Part shown: piece after piece, positions 54,151 to 64,000 of the stretch
How positions within the stretch are numbered: position 1 is the first letter of the stretch
How the letters are laid out: each line of letters begins with the position of its first letter
Assembly (NCBI GenBank): GCA_002269645.1
Contig: NIVC01000181.1
Location: 399,693-463,692, forward strand
Direction: 5' to 3'
DNA: 64,000 nucleotides
Source of the DNA: Macrostomum lignano
Taxonomy: Eukaryota
Translations under genes and position numbers: made by a program
The notes under the pieces: model-generated
The model's input: only the letters and a program-made list of their open reading frames with translations
The model's database searches: none
Told to the model about the DNA's origin: nothing

Positions 54151-55071
54151 CCAGTTGCTTAGGTAAATCTTCCTCTGCACATCTACGCTTTTCTGATAAG
54201 CCCCAATGTAGTTTAAAGTAACCACATGCTAATTTTTTTTGTTTTCATGATAACGACTTATTTTCCCTGCATTGGCTAGACATGATATATGTAACTATTG
54301 ATAGTACCGAAGTAGATAGTCAATAATTAGCCATTACCCACCTTCCACTTCTTCCTGCCTATTACCGCTTAAGTAAAGGGCCTTTACCTTGTTTTAGGTA
54401 TATGAGTAGGAGCCTCATAAAGAGTTTTGACTCATTTGGATTCAGAGTTTGTTATGTTTTCCTATTTCATCAGAAGAGCAGTCTTTTCATTTTCTGATTC
54501 ACTGACTATTTACATGAACGCTAGAAGTCTAAGTCTAATTTAGCAGGCAAAAGATATCAAAAGATGTCACAGATCCGTCTCTGCAAATCGATTTCTCCCG
54601 CTTGCCTCAGTCGCTTAAATTTCACACAGCTCCCCTGCCTTTAATAAAGATAATATGGTTAATTCGATAATTAAAATGTCTTCTATTTAGGGTATGTAGA
54701 ATAAAAAAAAATTAGGAAAAACCCTGAGAGAAATATGAATGGGACGAATACGAACGAACCTTAACCATTATAGTCTGTCAATAAACTTAACTGATGAGCT
54801 TTAAACTAGGCGAATACACTTCTACTTGAAATTCATTCTCGCGTTAATTGTTTAATTGCTCACTGTCATCAAAAGAGCAATTACTGCTCAGTCACCCAGA
54901 CTCTGCTCCGTTAAAAGAAGACAGATCAAACAGCGTCGCTCCTCCGACCGGAAACACGTGCCAATCCGATGTGCATAAATTGGGAACTGCCAACTGCTCA
55001 AGAATTCAACTTCAAACTCGACTCAATCTACACACAGCTCGAAGACTCGACTCGACTCGACTCAAGCAATC

Positions 55072-55266
55072 ATGAAGTGGCAACTCGCTCTTGGACTTTT
55101 GCTGTGCGCAGCCCTGGCCGTCGCCGTGCCCAGCCAGGAGGAGAAGGCCATGGCCGAACGTGTGCTGGAGGAGACTCTGTCCAACCTGGACGAGCCCAAC
55201 GTGTCGGAGGAGAAGGCCATGGACCTGAAGAAGAAGATCTTCAGGGTTAGGGTCCACATCGGTTAG
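55072..55266 (+). CDS. Secreted prepropeptide copy 9 (64 aa; tail DLKKK-IFRVRVHI-G)
   Basis: Mirror partner of copy 3; one R>H change in the tail. Confidence 0.9.
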   Translation: MKWQLALGLLLCAALAVAVPSQEEKAMAERVLEETLSNLDEPNVSEEKAMDLKKKIFRVRVHIG

Positions 55267-56719
55267 ATATGTCTGCCGCCACACTGAAGTTTAAGGCTAA
55301 CTGGCACTGACGACTCACAAGCTGACCGGACTCTGAACTCTGACTATGACAGCACAATCTTAAACACTATTGGTGAAATATACGAAGCTTGTTCGCTGAT
55401 CAGTTTTATCAAATAATAAGACAAACGCAATCAGTTAAATAATCACTGAGCACAAAACAGACTTTATCGATTTCTTCTTCTAATTCTAAATCTTGTTGTC
55501 TATCGACTGTGAAAGGAATGCATTTACAAAGATAATTATTATTTTTCATCGTCTATCGGTTTGATTAATGCCATATTTAATTTTTTATTAACTCCTTCCG
55601 ATTAACTCCTCATCAGCAACTTTTACCAGACGGTATTCATCGGTACTACGAGCGTAAGGGTTGGATTTCTGGTTTATCAGTTCTTTAAAAGTTGTTTCTT
55701 TCTGTATTTTATTCTGCCTTTTCCCGACATTATTCGAAAGTATAAAGCTAATCTTCTTTAAGTCAGCTCTTCTTAGTGAAAAATGCTCCAACCAGTCGTT
55801 GTAGGACTGTTTTTTCTGTTTTTTATTGTAGCTCAAAAACAAGTGCAATTCATTTCTATTTAAAATTGCTGCCTGTGACTAGCCACCTTCGCCCCTGTTC
55901 AGGAGGCAACAAAGAAACGAATAGAAATAGTCTAAATTCACTCAGGGACTGCTCATACACTGTTTGAGTAGTACCTTCATTCACTATTGTCAGTTACTCA
56001 CGAAAAATTGTTTAAAGTAAATAAGAATATGCCCGGAAATCAGCTATCTTGACTAAGATATAAGTATCCCTTTTGAGCTTCGAAATCAAAGTCATGGCTT
56101 ACGTTAACACTTACTCTCCCTTTGCTGCTTGGCCTACTAAAAACTCCCAGTTGACTCTAGGGCTCCTTCGAAACCCCTCTCCCATTAAACCTTGACACCT
56201 CCTCGATAATTGATCGAGTGAGATCACTACTGATTCTCTCGGGCCATTTTTTCTTACTATGCTTACAGAAACTCATTTCCAAACTCCCTACCACTGCCTC
56301 TACATCTCTGCGTCGCATTTCTTCCTCTCCGTCCCTCATCATCTCACTGTCTTTCTCTGTGAGTCTACGCTTATTTGATGAGCCCCCAATGAAGGATAAA
56401 GTAACCACACGATAAAGTTTGTTGTTTTCATGATCCTGACTTATTTTGCCTTCATCATTGGACATGAAATATCCGAGCTCGCATATGCATCATTTGACAA
56501 TACTAAGGTAGATTGTCAATAATTAGCCATTATCTACATTCCATTTGTCCCCACGATTTACCATTTACGTTCAAAGTAATTTTTTGGAAAGCTTAGAAAA
56601 TAGCTAATGATAGACGTAATATTTTTGCAATCATGTACATAGGCAGTTAAAACCCTAATTGTACACTTTGAACCCAAAAATTTACTATGTGTGACTGAAG
56701 GCACCACGATTTTGATGAA

Positions 56720-56885
56720 AACACTGGCTGCGAATTTATGCGTATCGGATTGGCACGTTTTCCGGTCCGAGGAGCGGCGCTGTTTGAGTTAAAGGCTTTC
56801 ACGTGAGAAGAGAGGAGCAGTGACTGGCATGCTGTCTGCGAGTCTGCAGTACTTTTTGTTTGATGACATGTTGACAATCAAACAA
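56720..56885 (-). pseudogene. Promoter-only remnant (mirror of 28250-28425)
   Basis: Reverse-complement match; no CDS follows. Confidence 0.7.
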
Positions 56886-57436
56886 GTCAAGTACTACTCT
56901 AATGCTGTGTCAGTACAAGTTCAACCAAATAACATTGGTGCGCTGGTAGGCCATTGACTAAGACTGGCAAGAAGTTCTCAAAATTTCGGTATCCAATAGA
57001 CGGCGAAGTTTATTTCAAAACCCAATGCAGATACCCGACTGAAAATATTTTAAGTGAGTGACTTAAAAAGTAAAAGTAAAAACCAAATAAGTCATTTTAG
57101 GAGAAGTCACACTCTAGGAGTCAAAAACTTGGACCTTTGAAGAAAAGAAAAGCAATATGATGAATTAATGACCCCTCAACTATGGCCAAACCGAATCACG
57201 ACTTTGAGAAATAAAAAACAATAATTAAAAAGGAAGAGCTTTTAGTTACATGGGTTGCTTAAACTGAGTATTGTTGGTGTTTTGCTCATATATTTTGTTC
57301 AAGTGTAATCACTAATTTTACTGTTAACGCCTAAGGATTATTCGCAAACGAGTAAGAGTTCAGAGTCAGGTCAGTTGTAAGGGCTAGATAATCTTCGATG
57401 AAGTGTCGTCAATCTCAGGTGTATCTGAGAACTCAT

Positions 57437-57631
57437 CTAACCGAACCTAACATGAACACGGACGAACTTCTTCTTCAGCTTCGGAATCTGCTCCTCCGAC
57501 ACGTTGGGCTCGTCCAGGTTGGACAGAGTCTCCTCCAGCACACGTTCGGCCATGGCCTTCTCCTCCTGGCTGGGCATGGCGACGGCCAGGGCTGCGCACA
57601 GCAAAAGTCCGAGAGCGAGTTGCCACTTCAT
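57437..57631 (-). CDS. Secreted prepropeptide copy 10 (64 aa; tail KLKKK-FVRVHVRF-G)
   Basis: Mirror partner of copy 1 by 5' and 3' flanks. Confidence 0.9.
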   Translation of the reverse strand: MKWQLALGLLLCAALAVAMPSQEEKAMAERVLEETLSNLDEPNVSEEQIPKLKKKFVRVHVRFG

Positions 57632-59353
57632 GATTGCTTGAGTCGAGTCTTCGAGCTGTGTGTAGATTGAATCGAGTTTGAAGTTGAATTCTTGAGACGC
57701 TGGGAGTTACGAATTTATGCACATTGGATTGGCACATGTTTCCGTTCGAAGGAGCGACTCTACTTAACTTGTCTGCTTTCATGTAAAAAGAGTCAAGCAG
57801 TGACATGCTTGTTTTTCTACAAAAATGATGCAGCTTTTGTTTGCTTGACGACAGCTGTCAGTCAAACAGATAACTCTTGAGAGTTCTCTCAGAGCAAGTG
57901 TATTCAATTCAACGCGGTCGATTTGACTCTTAGCCGCTGGAGACTGTTTAAACTTTACTGTGTACTCGAAAGCGAAAGTTCAACAATGCGGGAACAATTT
58001 CTCATAGTAGGGTAACTAAATAACTCTGTTTTATTCCTTTTTGACTGCAAGAAATATTGCACATAGGCATTACTCTATTATCCCACGCGTAGATTTGAGT
58101 ATAGGGCCAAACGTTGTGTCATCTTGAAGAGAGCAAAATTTCCAACAACAGAGCGAAAAAAATATCTTTGCAAATGCAACAAATTCAGAGGTAGACTTTA
58201 AGAGCATTTAAAGTTCAGCTGCAATGCAAACAAGCTGGCCTTCAAATAATTTTGAGATAATTACGAACATTAAGCCCTGATACAATTCAACTTCTATTGG
58301 TCCTTGGGTAGATCTTCAATACGTATAGTTAATAGTTTATCATTTAGATGTACGAACTAAAGACATGTGCAGGAAAGCAACTGAAACAAGTGTCCATTAA
58401 AATAACTGCTACAAACACTGCCGGGTTGCTGAATTGTAGTGAAAATATTGGGTCAGGTGCGATGTATTAATTGTTTAAAAACATTGGTGATATTTTGAGT
58501 TGTAGAAGATGACAAGTTGTGACTTTAAAAAACTTATTTTGGGTGCATATTAGGACCGGAAGCTTCCTGACGACTACTAGTCGATAAGACGGTGAGTCGA
58601 TATGACTGAATTCTTAGAAACAGGGAAAATGATCGCAGAAATTGAACCAAATAAAGCACACAGCTAAATAGAGACTCTGTGTGCACATTGATCTTTGTGT
58701 AGCAGCTTATACGGGGGCTTGTGGACAACCTTCTTAAACTGGCTGGCTTGCACATAACAATCACATTTCAATCATTAAGAATCACTCCAGAAAGTGCAAA
58801 AAATTCCAAAATTTTGAGCTCGTACATTAACCGAAATGAATAAGAGCGTGAAGTCGCATCTTATAGAATTAATACAAAAGCTTGTAGAATAGTTGGTTGC
58901 GTATATAGTCAAAATATAGACATGTGTAATACCGTATTAGCTTTCGTTTCAGTGTGAGAGCCTCGACCGGCTTCCGAACTCTTCCCGAACCCACCATACT
59001 CCATGACATGGGCCAAATTGATCAACCGCCATAGGCTCTCGTAAACGTAACTTCGAAACTGACTAAATTCAAATAGACCAAACTGAAATACAAACATTTA
59101 CACTAAAAAACGCTCGAGTCGAGGGTTACCTGTTTGATAGACAGCTTTCATCAAACAAGCAAAGGCTGCAGCATATTCGCAGTCTGTGCTCCACCCCGCT
59201 CACGTGACATCAATTCCAACGACTTTTCTCCTAGGACCGGAAACACGTGCCAATCTGATGTGCATAAATTCGGAACTCCCGACTGCTCAACACAACAATC
59301 TCACATTCGACTCAACCTACACAGCTCGAAGACTCGACTCGACTCAAGCAATC

Positions 59354-59542
59354 ATGAAGTGGCAACTCGCTCTCGGACTTTTGCTGTTCGCAGCCATGGC
59401 CGTCGCCATGCCCACCCAGGAGGAGAAGGCCCACGCCGAACGTGTGCTGGAGGAGACTCTGTCCAACCTGGATGAATCCAGCCTGTCGCAGGAGCAGAGC
59501 CCGAAGCTGAAGAAGAAGTTCATCCATATTCATTTCGGTTAG
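59354..59542 (+). CDS. Secreted prepropeptide copy 11 (62 aa; tail KLKKK-FIHIHF-G)
   Basis: Conserved ATG at 59354. Confidence 0.9.
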   Translation: MKWQLALGLLLFAAMAVAMPTQEEKAHAERVLEETLSNLDESSLSQEQSPKLKKKFIHIHFG

Positions 59543-60694
59543 ATGAGCTCTCTGCTATATCTAAGATCAAAGTCGTTTCATGAAACATTGAGTCTGACTG
59601 ACACTGACAACTGACAACTGACCTGATTCTGAACTCCGACTCTGACCACCTAATTATTAGCTGGTAACTGCTCCATTCTAGTGAGCAGTTTTACTAAATA
59701 TAACGAAAATTCAAATCTTGCTTTAGCATAAACTACATCTAAAAACTTCGTGTTGTTTGCATTTGTATTAATTAAAGTCGCCAAATCGAAAGGCAATGTG
59801 TGTTGAACTATTTTAGAAATTTATATGACAATACTTATCACTTTTAAAGACTCTGGAGAGTAGCAACGATGCATGTTTATCGCCAAGCTGCAAATGAAGA
59901 ATGATTTTACACTTGTATATCATTCAAAACTTTTAACTGCTTTCATTTATTACCGACGGGAACAGGCTTTAAAGGCATAAAATAGCTTGTAGCTGCTGCT
60001 GTCTAGGGATACTTGTTTTTTAGATTAGCTCGTAGTGTCGGATAATTTCTTCGGATGCGTGCATGCTACAAAAGGTCTCGCATTATTTTGCCATTTCAAA
60101 GGTTTGTGTTTTAAAATTCGGTATAAAAAGCACTTTTGTGAGGGCCGATTTGTTCTCTGGCAGATTCCGTGAACATTTTTTTAACACAAGATGAATAGCC
60201 GTGTACGAGCTAGAAATGTAACTTTAGTCTTGCATTTTGAGCAAAACATTCTCGAACGACACTTTTTGTTTGTCTTCTCTTCAGCCGAGCGCCGTGCTTT
60301 TGAATTTGAGAAGACTGCCTTTGAATATTCCTGCATGGTTATGTGACGGTTTTTCGACTTTTAATCAAACAGTCTAATTCTTAAACAAACAGTATCTCAT
60401 GCAGACAAATTCTAACGAAAGAGGCCGTAGAGGTGCTATTAGCTCTGATCTCCCTATCCCCATTGCTGCTTCAGGTCGACAACCGGCTTTGCAAGTTTGC
60501 AGCCAAATTGGTCACTTGTTCTGCACGTCCGTGCCGCCCCTACCTAAACGAGTATCACCCTGATTAGAGTCACCCCTCTGACTGACTTTCAGTGTTAGCT
60601 AAAACTGGCTGCGGCACAAAGTGACACAAATCATCTTAGTAAGCTGAATAAACTCCCTCATCAATCCGACAATGCTCCCTCATCAATTTTCTGA

Positions 60695-60925
60695 GAGACA
60701 GTTGTCATCAAAAAGCATATCCTCCATTGCTGCAAGGAAATCACGTAAAAATTTCTCAGTCTGTGTTCACCGTGAAAGACTTCTAACCAAAAAGCGTCGC
60801 TAGTCGGACCGGGAACAGCGGAACCTTCCGACTGCTCAGAAACTTAACAATACAGCTACACACAGAAGGCCGTCGACAACGCTAAGAAGTGGCTAAGGGT
60901 TAGGGCTAGGGTTAGGATCGGTTAA
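60695..60925 (+). pseudogene. Internally deleted type II peptide pseudogene (retains KAVDNAKKWLRVRARVRIG*)
   Basis: A degenerate promoter (gacagttgtcatcaaa, ggaccggg) and 5' UTR end (ctacacacag) are fused directly to the last 19 codons (60866-60925). The ATG, signal peptide and most of the spacer are deleted; the family 3' motif follows. Confidence 0.85.
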
Positions 60926-61179
60926 ATCTGTCTGTCGCACAACATCTGTGATCAAACTCGCTTCATCGAAAGGCCAAGGCTCGTGGTCACTAAGAGCTCA
61001 CAGACAGCTGACACTACTCTGAACTCTGACCCGTGACCGCTTTATTATTGACTGATCAGAATTAACAAAGCAAGGACAGTCTGTCCAAGCTATCAGCACC
61101 TTTAAACGGTTTTTTGAAGTTATTATTTACTCTGATTTACAAGTTATACGACATTGGATTGGTACTTGAGTTTATACAG

Positions 61180-61970
61180 TAGCAATGCACTTCGGCAACG
61201 GCTGGCGGTTCAATGCGTCAGCGGTCAGCAAGGAGGAACCCTTCTGGTAAACTACGAGTAGCTTGTAATGGTAGGCCAACGGGCGACAACAGGAACCCCA
61301 GCGTTCCACTCATCCCGACGCCAGGGCTGGGATGCTTCATCGTCCAACGAGAACTGTAGAAATGCCTAGCTGAGATAAATATTCGAGAAATTCTTGCCGC
61401 TGACAGTCGTGAAAAGAGCTAGTCAATTTTAGGCAGCGGGTAGCCGTCCAGTTCCACGAGAGCGTTCACGGTCTGCTAGAAGTCGGCGCACACCTGGAGC
61501 CTGCCGTCGGACATCATCGCGGGAACGGTCTGAAATGCCAGGTCGGACGACTTTACCCCTGGCTGACCTCCTTGCGTAGCTTTTGCTCCACTTTTTCTTT
61601 TAATGTGAGGGGCACGGAGCTGGCTTTAAAAAACCGAGAACAGTCTCCCTCCTTGACGCCGATGGATAGAGGTGCGCCGTTGAATGTGCCCAGTTCCTGG
61701 AACACCTGGGGGAACTCGCCCGAACTTTTTCAATGTCGGAAGCCGTTGAAGACAGTCGTTTAACTGAGCGCCAGTTCAGTCACATGCTGTGCAGCCAGTT
61801 CCAGCCGAAGATATTTGGTCCGCTGTCCGCCACAAATAGCAGCAGTTGCAAAGTGGCTGTCCTGCGCCGTTTCTTGATTGGGATGACCAGTCTACCGAGC
61901 ATCTCGACGGCCTGGTCAGAATATGTGTTAAGACGGATTTCGGTTGATTTCAGCTGGAGCTAGCTCAGAT
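61180..61970 (-). mobile_element. Degenerate Ty3/Gypsy protease-RT relic
   Basis: The minus strand reads DGRLQVCADF*QTVNALVELDGYPLPKID*LF, with an upstream STEIRLNTYS..VEMLG. Confidence 0.65.
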
Positions 61971-61974
61971 TCGT

Positions 61975-62200
61975 TGGAACATTGTCATGAGCGAGCTGCT
62001 CGGCAGCCCCAATTCGGCCCCGGTACAGAAGGTCGGCTACGCGGACGATTTTATCGCCACTGTGGCTGGACCATCACCCGCGGTCCTAAGAGACCTACGA
62101 GTATTTGAGGCTTTCATTCACCGTGCCGAACGCTAAGCACACAGCTGCGGTCTCAAGCTCTCTGAGCCTAAAAGCGTGGCTATTACGCGTATGTACAGCC
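61975..62200 (+). mobile_element. LINE RT fragment
   Basis: WNIVMSELL..QKVGYADDFIATVAG..CGLKLSE, same family pattern as 39600-39900. Confidence 0.7.
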
Positions 62201-63187
62201 ACCGAAACTGGAGAACCGAACCGCTCTCCCTGGAAAGCAGAAGCGGTCGCAAAATTCGTTAAGAAGATCATCAACATGCGATCGAATCTTCCTTCGCAAG
62301 GTGCTACCGCTAGACTCTGGAGACCTAACCAGTGGGCATCAAAGGTAGCCAAACGAAACCTACCCAACAGAGGACCAGGACAAACAAGTCACTAATGATT
62401 TCAATTCCGTGTCAAGCATACACGACACAAAGTTGTTTCGGCAACGCGCAAGAGCAGGAGGGAGGGAGGGATCAGAATTTGTTGATTTATATCTTATTAA
62501 GTTATGGCAGGCTCAATTTAAACAGTAGACCCATCAAAAAGGTAGATCTGACGGTTCCTACCTGCAGCGCTATCAGGCTACTGCCAAGAATGCCCTTCAT
62601 GCCGTTTTTGGTGTTAGGCCGGATGCCAGATGGAACTCGGCTTGGCAGTTTTGCTTCGTGGCTATGTAGGCACCTAGTCATTAATTTCTGGGAAACTATC
62701 TTAGCATGACTTAGAATAAAAATGAATCAATTTGTCGGGAAACCCAAAGCCTAAATAGATAAATAAAATATCCATTCAGCGCTTATTCAAGTCAAAGACA
62801 AAACCCCACGTCGCCGCTTCACCGATTTCCCAGTTTCGTGCAGTTTACTACCTGAGAAAATATCTCAAGAAATAATGGACAACTGACTAAGAGTAACTGA
62901 ACGCAGCGAGTTTTCTACATTTGCACTGAGAAATACCTTAAGAGGTACTGGTTTGATTGACAGCTGCCATCCAACAAGCATATGTGTATGCTGCATAATA
63001 TTCTTAGACAACCAAGCGTGCATTCTTTACTCACGTAAAGCCAGAAAAATCAACAACTTTGCTCCTAGTACCGGAAACACGTGCCAATCTGATGTGCATA
63101 AATTCGGAACTGCCGACTGCTCAACACAACAATCTCACATTCGACTCAATCTACACAGCTCGAAGACTCGACTCGACTCAAGCAATC

Positions 63188-63376
63188 ATGAAGTGGCAAC
63201 TCGCTCTCGGACTTTTGCTGTTCGCAGCCATGGCCGTCGCCATGCCCACCCAGGAGGAGAAGGCCCACGCCGAACGTGTGCTGGAGGAGACTCTGTCCAA
63301 CCTGGACGAGTCCAGCCTGTCGCAGGAGCAGAGCCCGAAGCTGAAGAAGAAGTTCATCCATATTCATTTCGGTTAG
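63188..63376 (+). CDS. Secreted prepropeptide copy 12 (62 aa; protein identical to copy 11)
   Basis: Direct duplicate: about 59130-59850 matches about 62950-63670. Confidence 0.9.
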   Translation: MKWQLALGLLLFAAMAVAMPTQEEKAHAERVLEETLSNLDESSLSQEQSPKLKKKFIHIHFG

Positions 63377-64000
63377 ATGAGCTCTCCGCTGCATCTGAGA
63401 TCGAAGTCGCTTCATGAAATATTGAGGCTGACTGACACTGACAACTGACAACTCACCTGACTCTAAACTCCGACTCTGACCATCTAGTTATTAGCTGGTA
63501 ACTGTTCCTATCTAGTGAGCAGTTTTACTAAATATAACGAAAACTCAAATTTTGTTTTAGCATCAACTACAAAAGCTTTGTCTTGCTTGCATTGGTATTT
63601 ATTCAAGTCGCCAAATCGAAAGGCAATGCGTGTCGGACTTTAAATTTATATGACAGTAGTTATCAGTGATAATTTTGTAGAGATAAATAAGTTCCATCAC
63701 CTGTTTTTGTTGAATAGTTTTCTTTATCAACTATGGTATTTTATTGGAGAAAATTTCATTTATGACATAGTTGATCAATTAGTGATCACGTTTCAGAGTT
63801 GTAACGACGCATTTTAATCGCCAAACTGTTGCAGTACAAAAGAAAAATGATTTAACTCTCATTTATTTCAAAATTATTAACTTATTTCATTTATTACCAA
63901 AGGGAACTCGTTTTGAATGCATAGCATGTGCAAAATTGCTTAAACTGGTAAATAAATGGCATATAAATTAGGCATGAACCGTTATAGGATAATGTACAGT

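Overview
Eukaryotic (metazoan) genomic DNA with GT-AG introns, GC-rich exons and minisatellite-rich introns. The style suggests a free-living flatworm such as Macrostomum, but that is inference only. 1-6038 (+): 3' half of a T-type voltage-gated calcium channel (Cav3; domains III-IV, pore loops TKDGW and TGDNW). 8627-24856 (-): 12-exon, about 915-aa coiled-coil gene of the SRCIN1/p140Cap-KIAA1217/sickle-tail (AIP3 domain) type; one intron carries a Penelope-like fragment with a minimal hammerhead ribozyme. 26.2-63.7 kb, the main finding: a cluster of 12 intact intronless genes for 62-72 aa secreted prepropeptides, plus one truncated pseudogene and three promoter-only remnants. Each has an 18-aa signal peptide, an acidic spacer, a Lys cluster, a short alternating hydrophobic/basic tail and a terminal Gly (amidation donor). 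There are seven different tails: IFRVHVRF-G, FVRVHVRF-G, IFRVRVRI-G, IFRVRVHI-G, FVRLRVRI-G, FIHIHF-G and WLRVRARVRVGSRRRSRS-G. All copies share a conserved promoter cassette. Most lie in an imperfect palindrome of about 32 kb (arms about 26.2-41.5 kb and 48.6-57.95 kb) with arm-specific transposon insertions, chimeric copies and a 1.1-kb (CTA)n tract in the spacer. I do not recognise this peptide family; its function is inferred, not known.
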